From an uncultured Acidimicrobiia bacterium (GTDB taxonomy: Bacteria; Actinomycetota; Acidimicrobiia; Acidimicrobiales; AC-14), in the NCBI GenBank assembly GCA_963836205.1, contig CAWIIV010000007.1:64001-128000 (forward strand): a DNA stretch of 64,000 bases, written 5' to 3'. Within the stretch, counting starts at the first letter, position 1; each line of letters starts with the position of its first letter. Below the pieces are notes generated by a model, which saw nothing but the letters and a program-made list of their open reading frames with translations, did not search any database and had not been told where the DNA came from. The translations under genes and the position numbers were made by a program. Below are positions 1 to 9,577 of this stretch, piece after piece.

Positions 1-465
1 TCGAAGGCGACGATCGCCGCCGCCGCCGGGATGTCGACTGCCGTCACCGGCGCCTCGCCCGGCCTGTCGGCCACTCCCACCAGGCGGGCGAGGGCCGCGG
101 TCGCGGCCTGGGCCTCGTCCAGGAGGTAGAGCAGCCCGTTGATGGGGTCGAACAGGCGCTGGAACTAGAGGGCGGCGGCGGTGACCGCACCCACGCTGGC
201 ATCGCCGTTGCGGACCCCAGAAGCCGGTGAGGAGGATGGCGCTCAGGCCGACGACCTCGGCCAGGTTGAGGCGGCCGAAGAACCGGGTCCGTAGCCGGCT
301 GGCGCTGACGACCAGCTCGACCGCGGTCCGGGACCGGCCCGCGACCTTGTCCGAGTGGCTGCCGGCCAGGTCGGACGCCCGCACCGTGTCGGCACCGGCG
401 ATGGTCTCCAGCAGCTGGCCCGCCCGTTCCCCGGCCGCGGCCCGCTCCGACGCGTACACGCTGAG
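1..465 (-). pseudogene. ABC exporter transmembrane-domain remnant (siderophore-associated ABC permease/ATPase type)
   Basis: Minus strand reads YASERAAAGERAGQLLETIAGADTVRA...RTRFFGRLNLAEVVGLSAILLTGF, then (frameshift) VGAVTAAAL*FQRLFDPINGLLYLLDEAQAATAALARLVGV; in-frame TAG at 165-167 where Tyr is expected; no intact 5' end. Confidence 0.7.
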
Positions 466-562
466 CCCCCGGTCAGGGAATCTGTAAGGCTCCCGATGCC
501 CGAGCGCTCCTTGTTCGTGAACGTGTCGCCACCGGACGACACCCAGGAGAGAGGAGCGAACG

Positions 563-805
563 ATGCATCGTCTACGGAAGCTGACCGTGATCGCAGCCAT
601 GGCCGGGGGCCTGCTCTGGACGGGCGAGGCCCAGGCCACGATCACCCCCACGCCCGACGACGCCAAGTGCACCTACACCAACGACAACGTCGCCGTGTGC
701 ACGCTGAAGGACGGGTCCACGATGTGCAAGGACCACAACGGGATGGACATCGACTGCCCGCAGCCGAGGGTCCGTCTCCGGCTGGGCGTCACCGCCGCCG
801 GCTGA
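563..805 (+). CDS. small secreted protein with 4 Cys
   Basis: GAGGAG RBS upstream, signal peptide ending AQA, GC3-biased codons. Confidence 0.7.
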   Translation: MHRLRKLTVIAAMAGGLLWTGEAQATITPTPDDAKCTYTNDNVAVCTLKDGSTMCKDHNGMDIDCPQPRVRLRLGVTAAG

Positions 806-891
806 GCCCGCTCACCCGCCCCACCCGTCCCGGCCGTCGTCCATCTGCTTGGGCGACGGCCGGGACGACGGCTGGGGCACCAGCCGGGTGA

Positions 892-1200
892 TCAACGGGC
901 GGTGTTCGTGGCGGGGTCGCCGTCGACCGCCGCTGCCAGGCGGGGAACCAGCTGGTCGAGCACGGTCGGCAGGCTGAGGAGGGTGTTGACCCCGTACGCC
1001 GCCTGCAGCAGGTCGTCCTGGGCGAGGAAGACGTCGCGGCCCTGCTTGGCCACGTCGAGCGTCGGTTAGACGGGGTTGCCGTCGAGGCGGCTCGTGGCCC
1101 CGTCCCGCAGGAACACGATCCAGACAACCAGATCGGCGGACACCAACCCGACCTGCTCGTCGCTCACCTCGGCGTAGAACCGGTCGGCGATCATGTCGGT
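892..1200 (-). pseudogene. iron-siderophore ABC substrate-binding protein, C-terminal remnant
   Basis: Reads ...FYAEVSDEQVGLVSADLVVWI...GNPV*PTLDVAKQGRDVFL...NTLLSLPTVLDQLVPRLAAAVDGDPATN; in-frame TAA at 1066-1068; N-terminus missing. Confidence 0.7.
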
Positions 1201-1217
1201 GACCGCCTTCCGCGGCC

Positions 1218-1430
1218 GGGCCCATCGCCTTCGTCGGACTGACCGTCCCCCACGTGGCCCGGGCCATCACCGGGCCCGACTACCGCTGGGTGTTGCCCTA
1301 CTCCGGCGTGCTGGCACCGATCCTGCTCCTCGGCTCCGACATCGTCGGCCGCCTCGTGCTGCGACCGGGCGAGCTGCAGGTGGGCATCGTCACCGCGGTG
1401 GTCGGTGCGCCGTTCTTCATCCTGCTCTCC
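1218..1430 (+). pseudogene. FecCD/FepD-type iron-siderophore permease, C-terminal fragment
   Basis: [68 protein letters not shown] is the typical FecCD C-terminus; rest deleted. Confidence 0.8.
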
Positions 1431-1470
1431 GGCCAGGCTGCCTCACAGCTCGGCCAGCTTGCGCCGGCGG

Positions 1471-2109
1471 ACGCTGGGCGGGGGTCTGGTCGCCACCCTC
1501 GCCGTCTACCTGCTCGCCTACCGGAAGGGCATCAGCGGCTACCGCCTGGTGCTGGTGGGCATCGGCATCTCCTTCATGCTCTACGCCGTCGTCGACTACA
1601 TGCTCACCCGGGCCGAGATCTTCGACGCGGCCCAGGCCACCATCTGGCTCACGGGGAGCCTCAACGGCCGGGGCTGGGAGCACGTCCGGCCCGCCGGCGT
1701 GGCCCTGGCCGTGCTGCTGCCGGCGGCGCTGGTCCTCAGCCGCCAGCTGCGCACGCTGCAGCTGGGCGACGACGCCGCCCGCGGCCTCGGTGTCCGCATC
1801 GGGCGGGCCCGGTTGGGGCTGATCGTGACCGGGGTGGGGCTGGCGGCGGTGGCGACGGCGTCGGCCGGGCCGGTCCCCTTCGTCGCCCTCGTCTCGCCCC
1901 AGATCGCCCGCCGGCTGGCGGGAGCATCGAACCTGTCCCTGGTGCCGGCGGCCCTGGCCGGGGCGGCCCTGATGCTCCTGTCCGACCTCGTCGGCCGCCG
2001 GCTGTTCGCGCCGACGCAGCTTCCCGTCGGGATCACCTCCTCGATCGTGGGCGCCCCCTACCTCCTGTGGCTCCTCGCCCGAGCCAACCGCATCGGTCGA
2101 GGCGGGTGA
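1471..2109 (+). pseudogene. FecCD/FepG-type iron-siderophore permease, N-terminally truncated
   Basis: [57 protein letters not shown] motifs; lacks roughly the first third. Confidence 0.8.
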
Positions 2110-2185
2110 CGACTATGGACCGGCGCCGTGGTTTGTGCCCGGCGCCAGGCGGGGTGTGCCGCGTGGGGCGTACGCTCGGGACGTC

Positions 2186-2788
2186 ATGAGGACGACCCCT
2201 CGCCGCGCCGGTGTGGCGGTGGTGGCCGCTCTCGGTCTGGCAGGCCTCGGCCTGGCCCACGTCCTCGAGTACCTCGCCCTGGTGCCGAATGGCCACCACC
2301 GGGCCGACGTCCTGGCCGCCACCGGGCACGCCTACCTTCCCTCCGTCCTCAGCGCGGCCGGCTTCCTGGCCGCAGTGGCAGTTGCCGCCGTGTTCGTGCG
2401 CGGGTTCCGCGCCGGCGACGGCAATGGGCGGGCGGTCACCACCACCGGGACGGACTGGACCCGACTCCTCCCTGTGGTCCAGGCCGCCGCGTTCGTGGCG
2501 GTAGAGGTGGCGGAGCGGCTCGTCGTCGGCGCCTCTCTTGCCGATCTCGGGCCCGTCCTGGTCCTCGGCCTGCCCTTGCAGGTGCTGGCCGGCATCGCCG
2601 GGGGTCGGGTGCTCTCCGCGGCGGCGCGGGCCGGCACCCGGCTGGCCCGAGCCTTGGCCGGCTCGGGTTTCGCTCGCCGCCGGCCGACCCCCGGTTGGCG
2701 GCCGCTCGCCGACGTCGCACCCGTCACCACGCTCGCGGGCGGGCCGACGCCGGCCCGCGGCCCACCCTCGCTCCTCGTTCCCGTCTGA
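2186..2788 (+). CDS. His-containing membrane protein with C-terminal RGPP motif (putative arrest-peptide uORF of copper operon)
   Basis: About 4 TM segments with AHVLEY, HH, GHAY; C-terminal PARGPP (RGPP codons 2756-2767); directly upstream of copper genes. Confidence 0.75.
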   Translation: MRTTPRRAGVAVVAALGLAGLGLAHVLEYLALVPNGHHRADVLAATGHAYLPSVLSAAGFLAAVAVAAVFVRGFRAGDGNGRAVTTTGTDWTRLLPVVQAAAFVAVEVAERLVVGASLADLGPVLVLGLPLQVLAGIAGGRVLSAAARAGTRLARALAGSGFARRRPTPGWRPLADVAPVTTLAGGPTPARGPPSLLVPV

Positions 2789-2835
2789 GCCAACACAACC
2801 GACCGCCCCGGCGCGGGGCGGCAGACAACGAGGAG
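2771..2835 (+). promoter_or_regulatory. SD-sequestering stem-loop
   Basis: CTCCTCGTT (2771-2779) is the exact complement of AACGAGGAG (2827-2835, SD of the 2843 ATG); GTCTG (2783-2787) pairs with CAGAC (2822-2826); inner 8-bp hairpin 2803-2821. Confidence 0.7.
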
Positions 2836-2842
2836 ACTTCCA

Positions 2843-3496
2843 ATGAGATCGCTTTTCCCGCGGCTGGCCGCGGCCGGATTCGGGCTCGTCATGCTCGTCG
2901 GACCCCTGGCCGGGGCCGCTTCCGCCCACGAGCGGCGCTCCGTCGGCACGCTCCAGTTTGTCGTCGGCTGGGGTGCCGAACCGACCTTCACCGGCTACCT
3001 CAACGGCGTGCAGATCACCATCCGGGACGCGTCGGCGGCCGGGGACCCGGTGCCCGTCACCGACGCTGCCGACACCCTGAAGGTGGAAGTGGCCTTCGGC
3101 GACCAGAAGGTCGGCCCTCTCGACCTCGACACCGTCTTCAACTCGCCCGGCGAGTACCAGGCGCCGCTCGTGCCCACCCGGGCCGGCGTCTACTCGTTCC
3201 GCTTCGTGGGGACGGTGAAGGGCCAGGCGGTGGACGAGACGTTCACCTCGTCGGACACCACGTTCGAGTCGCCCGAGGAGACAACGGAGATCGAGTTTCC
3301 GGTGAAGGACCCGAGCCCGGCCGAGCTCTCCAGCCGGGTCGAACGGGTGGACGCCCGGGCCGGGGCGGCCGCCGATTCGGCCGACGACGCCGGTAGCAAG
3401 GGCTCGACGGCGACCGCCATCGGTGCCGCCGGGCTGGCGCTGGCGGTGGTGGCCCTCGGGCTGGCCATCAGGCTGCGCAAGGGGTCCAAGGCCTAG
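2843..3496 (+). CDS. exported, C-terminally membrane-anchored protein with N-terminal His (YcnI-like position; putative Cu-binding)
   Basis: Signal peptide ASA-HE..., beta-rich domain, C-terminal TM plus basic tail; GAGGAG RBS; precedes CopC/D. Confidence 0.7.
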   Translation: MRSLFPRLAAAGFGLVMLVGPLAGAASAHERRSVGTLQFVVGWGAEPTFTGYLNGVQITIRDASAAGDPVPVTDAADTLKVEVAFGDQKVGPLDLDTVFNSPGEYQAPLVPTRAGVYSFRFVGTVKGQAVDETFTSSDTTFESPEETTEIEFPVKDPSPAELSSRVERVDARAGAAADSADDAGSKGSTATAIGAAGLALAVVALGLAIRLRKGSKA

Positions 3497-3499
3497 CCG

Positions 3500-5455
3500 G
3501 TGCCGCGCTCCACCCCGACGGTGGCCAGGGCGGTGCTGGTCGCCCTGGCCGTCGTGGCCGGACTGGCCGTGGGTCCGACGCGGGCGGCCTGGGCCCATGG
3601 CGTGCTGCGGGCGTCCGACCCGGCTGCCGGCGCGGCCGTCGACCAGTCCCCGGCCCACCTCACCCTCAGCTTCACCGAGGCGCCCGAGCTGCGCTTCTCG
3701 TCGGTGAAGGTCCTCGACGGCACCGGTCGCTCGTTCGGCACGGGCGGTGTGCAAGAGGTCGCGGGCGATCCGGAGACGATCACCCAACCCCTCCAACCCC
3801 TGCCCAAGGGCGTCTACACGGTGAGCTGGCGCATCGTGTCCCGGGTCGACGGCCACCTCACCGCAGGGTCCTTCGCGTTCGGCGTGCAGACGCCGGTGAC
3901 CGCGGACGCCGCGGCCGCGGCCGGCGCGCGGACGGCGTCGCCAGCCGCCAACCGGTCGCTGGCCGCCGTCGGGGGACGGGCCCTGCTCTACGCCGGGCTG
4001 GCGTGTCTCCTGGGCGGGGCGTGGGTCGGCGCCCTGCTGTTCCGCGAGCGGCGCCGAGGTCTGGTGGTCCTGCTGGGGGCGGGCTGGTTGGTCGCCCTCG
4101 CCGGGGTGGTGGCCGTCGGTCTGGCTCAGCGCAGCACGACGGGGGCCTCGCTCAGCGTGTTTCTCCAGTCCCGGCTGGGCCGTTCGGTGCTCTGGCGGCT
4201 GATCGGGCTGTTGGCGGCCGGCGTGGGCGTCGCCCTTGTCGCCGGCCGGCGCCGGTGGCGGCCGGGTCTGGCGCTGGTGGCCGCCGGCACGCTGGGCACG
4301 ATCGTGGCCCACGTGGTGTCGGGCCACGCGGCCGCGTCGTCGACGGCGTGGCTGGCCGTCGGTGTGCAGGCGGTCCACGTGGTGGCGATGGCCGTCTGGA
4401 TCGGCGGGCTGGCCGCGCTACTGGCGGGCGCCGTTGGCCGGGCGGGCGACCTCGCGGCGGCGGCCGCGGTCAGGAGGTTCTCGGCGGTGGCGGCCGTTTC
4501 CGTCGGCGCCCTGGTCGTCACGGGTGTGCTCCGGGCCATCGACGAGGTGGACGGGTGGCGGCCGCTGGTCGACGCCACCTACGGACGACTGGTGCTGGTC
4601 AAGGGCGCGCTCCTGGCCGTGATCGCCGCCCTGGGGGCGGTGAACCGCTACCGTCACGTGCCGGCCGCGGGCCGTTCTCTCACCGGCCTCCGCCGGATCG
4701 GGACGACGGAGGTGGCGGTGGCCCTCCTCGTGTTCGCCGTCACCGGCCTGCTGACGACGTCTCCGCCGCCGGCCACGGCCAGGGTGACCGATCCGGCGGT
4801 GGTGGTCACCGCCTCCGACTTCGGCACCACCGTCCGGGCCCGGCTGACGGTGTCACCGGGGCAGCCCGGCGTGAACCGGTTCACGGTCGAGCTCACCGAC
4901 TACGACACCTATGAGCCGGTGGCTGCGGCCGGCATATCCGCTCGCTTCGTCCTGCCCGCCGACGGAGGGGTCAGCCCGTCGACGCTCGACCTACCGCCGA
5001 CGGGTGCCGGGACCTTCGCCGCCTCCGGTCCCAACCTGACGCTGCCCGGCCGGTGGCGGGTCACGCTGGTCATCAATCGGGGGGCGGACGCTCTGGAGCT
5101 CACTGCCGACCTGGTGACCCGTGCGCCACCGGGACTGGTGACGATCACCCCCGGCCGGCCCACCGTCTACAGCGTCGACCTCGGCCAGGGCCGCACGGTC
5201 CAGGTCTACGCCGACCCCGAGGCACCCGGCGCCATCGAACTGCACGCCACCTTTTTCTCGGCCGCCGGCACCGAGGAGCCGGTCGACGTGGCCACCGTGA
5301 CCGCGTCGGGAGCGACGGCCACGCCTCGGCGGCTAGGGCCGGGCCATTTCGTCGCCGATGTCCAGGCCCCATCCGGCGCCTGGCCGGTTGAGGTCACCGG
5401 CGTCACGCCCGGCGGCGACTACCTGTACGCACCCCTGACCCTGGAGATCGAGTGA
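3500..5455 (+). CDS. copper resistance/uptake CopC-CopD fusion (YcnJ-like) with C-terminal Ig-like domains
   Basis: AWA-HGVLRASDP...GVYTVSWRIVSRVDGHLTAGSFAFGV (CopC); SGHAA, HVVAMAVWIGGL, RRFS, TYGRLVLVK (CopD). Confidence 0.9.
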   Translation: MPRSTPTVARAVLVALAVVAGLAVGPTRAAWAHGVLRASDPAAGAAVDQSPAHLTLSFTEAPELRFSSVKVLDGTGRSFGTGGVQEVAGDPETITQPLQPLPKGVYTVSWRIVSRVDGHLTAGSFAFGVQTPVTADAAAAAGARTASPAANRSLAAVGGRALLYAGLACLLGGAWVGALLFRERRRGLVVLLGAGWLVALAGVVAVGLAQRSTTGASLSVFLQSRLGRSVLWRLIGLLAAGVGVALVAGRRRWRPGLALVAAGTLGTIVAHVVSGHAAASSTAWLAVGVQAVHVVAMAVWIGGLAALLAGAVGRAGDLAAAAAVRRFSAVAAVSVGALVVTGVLRAIDEVDGWRPLVDATYGRLVLVKGALLAVIAALGAVNRYRHVPAAGRSLTGLRRIGTTEVAVALLVFAVTGLLTTSPPPATARVTDPAVVVTASDFGTTVRARLTVSPGQPGVNRFTVELTDYDTYEPVAAAGISARFVLPADGGVSPSTLDLPPTGAGTFAASGPNLTLPGRWRVTLVINRGADALELTADLVTRAPPGLVTITPGRPTVYSVDLGQGRTVQVYADPEAPGAIELHATFFSAAGTEEPVDVATVTASGATATPRRLGPGHFVADVQAPSGAWPVEVTGVTPGGDYLYAPLTLEIE

Positions 5456-5886
5456 TGAGAATCCGAAGCCCCCTGGCCGCGGCCGCCCTGCTCGCCCTGG
5501 CGACCGCCTGTGGCGGGGGCGACGGCGGAGGAGGGGCGCCCGAGGGCGTCCGACCATCGTCGACCGCCACCCTTTCCATCGTCGACCCGGCCAATGAGTC
5601 CACGGTCCCGCCCGGCCTGCTCACCGTCCGTCTCGACCTCCAGGGGGCCCGCATCGTGGAGGAGGCGACCACCGCCTTGCGGCCGGACGAGGGCCACGTC
5701 CACCTCAACCTCGACGGCAAGCTGGTGTCGATGGCGTACGGCCTCGAGCAACAGGTGGAGGTCACGCCCGGCATCCACCAGCTGATCGCCGAGTTCGTCG
5801 CCGGCGACCACGCCCCCTTCAACCCGCGGGTGGCGGCGACCCGGACCTTCGCGGTGTCCGACGGCCAGGCGCGCCCAAGTGGGTAG
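5452..5886 (+). CDS. lipoprotein, putative metal-binding (DUF4399-like)
   Basis: Lipobox LATAC; GHVHLNLDG and HQLIAEFVAGDH motifs; overlaps the copCD stop. Confidence 0.75.
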   Translation: MMRIRSPLAAAALLALATACGGGDGGGGAPEGVRPSSTATLSIVDPANESTVPPGLLTVRLDLQGARIVEEATTALRPDEGHVHLNLDGKLVSMAYGLEQQVEVTPGIHQLIAEFVAGDHAPFNPRVAATRTFAVSDGQARPSG

Positions 5887-5896
5887 AGAGGGTTCC

Positions 5897-6418
5897 ATGG
5901 TGGATCCCCGGCTGGACGTGCTCGCCGGCGTGGTGGGACGGGTGGAGGTGAAGGCGCGGTGGCTGGCGCGCCTGGCCACGAGGGGCGCCGTCGCCGGCGC
6001 GGTCGCCGCCTTCCCGTTGTGGTGGGTGGTGGCCGGCGACGGAGTCACCGAGTGGTTTGCGGGGACCGCGGCGTCGCTGCTGGTCCTGGGCCTGTTCCTC
6101 GCGCCGGCGGCGTGGCTGGTGAACGTGCGGTTCGCACTGCTCGAGCTGGTCGAGCTGCCGCAGAAGCTGGCCGGCGTGGCGACTCGTCGGGCGGCGCACC
6201 TGCGAACGGGCGCCCCGGAACGGCCCGACCAAGGATCCTTCGCCGCGGCGCGGTCGGTGTGGGGAGTCCTCAACGACTATGGCGACGTCGTCGGGGCCTG
6301 GGGCACCGTCGCCCAACTGGTCGCCCCGTGGTTCTGGCTCCTCACCGCCGCCGCCTTCGTTGCCGTGCCGGTGGTGGGGCTGCTGGCGGCGGTGATAGTG
6401 CTGGTGGGGCTCGTGTGA
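5897..6418 (+). CDS. hypothetical membrane protein
   Basis: ATG after GAGAGGG; 3 hydrophobic segments; contiguous with the operon. Confidence 0.6.
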   Translation: MVDPRLDVLAGVVGRVEVKARWLARLATRGAVAGAVAAFPLWWVVAGDGVTEWFAGTAASLLVLGLFLAPAAWLVNVRFALLELVELPQKLAGVATRRAAHLRTGAPERPDQGSFAAARSVWGVLNDYGDVVGAWGTVAQLVAPWFWLLTAAAFVAVPVVGLLAAVIVLVGLV

Positions 6419-6441
6419 TGACGCAGACCAAGGAGGACGCA

Positions 6442-6648
6442 ATGGAAACCGTGGCCCGGGTGACCGAGATCAGCGCCATGTCGGCGACCGGCTTCGAGGA
6501 CGCGATCCGGGTGGGGATCACCCGGGCCTCGCAGACCCTCCGCCAGGTCACGTCGGCCTGGGTCAAGGAGCAGCGAGTCGAGGTACGCGACGGCGCCATC
6601 GTCGGCTACCAGGTGAACATGCTGGTGACGTTCGTCCTCGACGACTAA
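6442..6648 (+). CDS. dodecin family flavin-binding protein
   Basis: METVARVTEISAMSATGFEDAIRVGITRASQTLRQVTSAWVKEQ...YQVNMLVTFVLDD; AGGAGG RBS. Confidence 0.9.
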   Translation: METVARVTEISAMSATGFEDAIRVGITRASQTLRQVTSAWVKEQRVEVRDGAIVGYQVNMLVTFVLDD

Positions 6649-6867
6649 CCCAACTCGGTCGCGGCTGGGGGTCGCCGCCGGTTCTCCACCCCGCGCCGGG
6701 GTCCCGTCCGCACGACGATTCCGCCGCACGGAACGCTCGTCGCGTTTGGCATCCGCCGAATCGGTGTGAAACGGGCGGCGAATCCAGCCCGAATCACGCC
6801 GGTTTCGGGGCACGAAGCCACGAGGAGCATTTGGATCAACCAAGACGTCGTGTACCGGGCGGGAGCG

Positions 6868-8070
6868 ATGGCCGCTCCCAAGTCACCGGCGCCACTGGTT
6901 CGGCGACGGAGGTGGCCGGTCGCGGGGCGGCCGTCGGCGGGGTGGAACAGTGGTGGCGTGGGCCGTCGCCGGGTGCCGAGGTCGCTCCGGCGGGTGGCGA
7001 CCGTGCTCATCGTGGTGGTGGTGATCGAGTACTTGGTCCTGCCCCAGATCGCGGGCGCCCGCCATTCCCTCGACCTGCTGGCCTCGGTCAGCATCCCCTA
7101 CCTGGTGGCCGGCGTCCTCTTGGAGGCGGCCGCCATCGGCGCCTACGCCAAGCTCACCCAGGCCACCCTGCCCGCCATCGGCCGCCCGCCCCTGCCCACC
7201 CTCCTGCGCATCGACCTGTCGACCATGGCCGCCAGCCACATCGTCCCCGGGGGCTCGGCGGCCGGCGCCGGCCTCGGCTATCGGCTCCTCACCGAGGCGG
7301 GGGTGAGCGGCACGAACGCCGGCTTCGCCCTCGCCACCCAGGGCCTGGGCTCGGCCGTCGTCCTCAACCTGATCCTCTGGCTGGGGCTGCTCGTCTCGAT
7401 CCCCCGCCGGGGCTTCAACCCCCTCTATCTCACCGCGGCCGTGGTCGGGGCGGTCTTGATCGGCGGCTTCGCCCTGGCTGTGGTGTCGCTGACCCGGGGC
7501 GAGGAACGTCTCGCCCGGGTGGTGTGCCGGGCCGCCGGCCACGTCCCGATCCTCGACGGCGACGCGGTCGCCCGGGGGCTGAGCCGGGTGGCGGAGCGGC
7601 TGCGGGTGCTGGGGGCCGACCGGAGGCTCCTCCTGCGGGCCGGGTCGTGGGCGACGGCCAACTGGCTGCTGGACGCGGCCTCGCTGTGGGTGTTCGTGGC
7701 CGCCTTCGGCCACCGGGTCGAGCTGGACGGGCTGATCGTCGCTTTCGGGCTGGCCAACGTGCTCGCTGCCGTACCCATCACCCCTGGTGGGTTGGGCGTG
7801 GTGGAGGCGGTGCTGACGTCGGCCCTCGTCGGTTTCGGGACCCCCCGCGGCACCGCGGTCCTGGGTGTGGTCATCTACCGGCTGGTCAACTTCTGGCTGC
7901 CCATCCCGATCGGCGGCCTGGCCTACCTCTCGCTCAAGGTGGGACCGGCCTCGGCCCGGGGCGAGCGGGCGGCCGTGCTGCGACGGGCGGCGGAGGAGTC
8001 GATCGCCGCCGCCGAGGACCCGAGGAAGTGGGCCGAGGACCGCGGCATCAGGCTCCCCCGGGGCGACTAG
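6868..8070 (+). CDS. lysylphosphatidylglycerol synthase TM-domain / YbhN flippase-like protein
   Basis: Multi-TM; IVPGG and PITPGGLGVVE...YRLVNFWLP motifs; start uncertain. Confidence 0.85.
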   Translation: MAAPKSPAPLVRRRRWPVAGRPSAGWNSGGVGRRRVPRSLRRVATVLIVVVVIEYLVLPQIAGARHSLDLLASVSIPYLVAGVLLEAAAIGAYAKLTQATLPAIGRPPLPTLLRIDLSTMAASHIVPGGSAAGAGLGYRLLTEAGVSGTNAGFALATQGLGSAVVLNLILWLGLLVSIPRRGFNPLYLTAAVVGAVLIGGFALAVVSLTRGEERLARVVCRAAGHVPILDGDAVARGLSRVAERLRVLGADRRLLLRAGSWATANWLLDAASLWVFVAAFGHRVELDGLIVAFGLANVLAAVPITPGGLGVVEAVLTSALVGFGTPRGTAVLGVVIYRLVNFWLPIPIGGLAYLSLKVGPASARGERAAVLRRAAEESIAAAEDPRKWAEDRGIRLPRGD

Positions 8071-8329
8071 TCGTCGTCATCCACGCGGCGGCGGTGGCCA
8101 GGGGCGCGGTGGTGGCCGACCAGAGCACCTCCCGACCCTCACGGCGGGAGTCGACCAGGTCGGCGTCGGCGAGGGACTGGAGGTGGTGGACCACCGCCTG
8201 GCGGCTCATGGGAAGGTCTCGGGCCAGACCGGTGGCCGGCATCGGGCCGCCCTCCACCAGGCGGGTGAGGAGCCACCGGCGGGTGGGGTCGGCCAGGGCC
8301 GCGAAGACTGCGTCGAGGGTGCCGCTCAT
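8048..8329 (-). CDS. ArsR/SmtB family transcriptional regulator
   Basis: VFAALADPTRR...LPMSRQAVVHHLQSLADADLV...GREV. Confidence 0.85.
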   Translation of the reverse strand: MSGTLDAVFAALADPTRRWLLTRLVEGGPMPATGLARDLPMSRQAVVHHLQSLADADLVDSRREGREVLWSATTAPLATAAAWMTTTSRPGGA

Positions 8330-8372
8330 GCAAAGGAATACTTGCACGTCGGCCGACCCGGAGGCCGGAGCC

Positions 8373-8597
8373 CTAGACCCGGCGGTCCGACTCGGCCAGC
8401 GCGGCCAGGATCAGGGACCACGACGCCAGGCCGTGCTCGCACCACTGGTCCGGGGCCACCAGGCACTCGTCGGGGCACCGGCAGACGCCGTCGGCCACCC
8501 ACTCGGCCAGGGTGTCGTCGTCGGGGGGCGCCCACCCGGTGTTGACCTCGAACCACTCATGGGCCCGGCGCACGGCGGCGGCGGCGGCGGAGGTCAC
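8373..8597 (-). CDS. small hypothetical protein with CxCxxxC...CxH motif
   Basis: CRCPDECLVAPDQWCEHG; in series with neighbouring minus-strand genes. Confidence 0.65.
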   Translation of the reverse strand: MTSAAAAAVRRAHEWFEVNTGWAPPDDDTLAEWVADGVCRCPDECLVAPDQWCEHGLASWSLILAALAESDRRV

Positions 8598-8604
8598 CCC
8601 GACG

Positions 8605-9147
8605 TCAAACCGCCCCGTCGATCACCGTGCGCCCGCCGAGGGGGGCGGTCAGGGTGACGGTGGCCGACTTCAGCTGGGCGATCATGATGCACATCGTCTC
8701 GCCACCGGCGGCCTTCTCGTAGATGGTGACCCGTACCGAGTCGGCGCCCTCGTCGGCCACGATCGAGTCGAAGACCGAGCACGGCTCGACCCCCGCGTAG
8801 TAGGTGAAGGTGAGGGTGGCCCCGTCGGCCCCGACCGTGTAGTCCTCCCACCGGTGGGGCTGGCCGCGGTCGCCGGGGATCGTCGTGGTCGGCGAGGGAT
8901 CCTCGTCGGCCGGCGGGCTGGTCGGCGCCGGCCCCGGCGTCGGCGTCGGCCCGGGGGCCGGTGCCGTCGAGGTCTGGCCCGACGGGACGGTGGTGACGAC
9001 GGTCGAGCCGGTCGTGGCCGTTGTCCGCCCGGCGCGCACCTCCTCGTCCGGATTCGAGTCGGCGCAGCCGGCCAGCGCGAGCGCCAGTGAGACGCCTGCC
9101 GCGGCGAGCATCCGGCCGGGGGTGAGGGTCCACGTGCGAGTGGTCAT
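8605..9147 (-). CDS. lipoprotein
   Basis: Lipobox LAGC, Thr/Pro linker, small domain with two Cys ending LTAPLGGRTVIDG. Confidence 0.75.
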   Translation of the reverse strand: MTTRTWTLTPGRMLAAAGVSLALALAGCADSNPDEEVRAGRTTATTGSTVVTTVPSGQTSTAPAPGPTPTPGPAPTSPPADEDPSPTTTIPGDRGQPHRWEDYTVGADGATLTFTYYAGVEPCSVFDSIVADEGADSVRVTIYEKAAGGETMCIMIAQLKSATVTLTAPLGGRTVIDGAV

Positions 9148-9577
9148 GTGCTTTGGACGACCGTCGGCGGCGTCAAGTTCCCTTCCCGGGACGGGCGGCG
9201 CGTAAGCGCCCCGCTCGCCTGACGGCGGATCAGGCGAGGCGGGGCGCACCAGATCTTGTCAGGTGTGGCCTCCGGGGGCAACGCAGGGTGTCGGAGATGG
9301 GGCTCCGGTTGCGGTGCGGTTGCGGAGGATCCGTATGGTCCACGGCAGGGACGTAGGCACGACGGACTTTCCAGGTCATCGGCGAAGAACGACGGAGCCG
9401 ATGACGTGGGTTGGGAATGTTGCCACCGCCGATGCCGGCCCGGTGGGGGCGGCCGGAGAACCGGCACGCTTGCTCGCGGCATCGGCGGGGTCCCGCCCCT
9501 GATGGCGCGCGGCTCCTTGTGGCACCCTTAAGAGCCCTCCGAACAGGCGTGATGGCAGACGAAGGGGCTCCCGTAAG

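Noticed and set aside
2033-4378. 781-aa minus-strand ORF
   Set aside because: Antisense shadow of the copper operon
6650-6860. Possible repeat or ncRNA in the dodecin-flippase gap
   Set aside because: Only short imperfect hairpins and no second copy in the window
9150-9577. Riboswitch or ncRNA in the long gap before the SARP gene
   Set aside because: No recognisable motif or convincing structure; the short ORFs lack support
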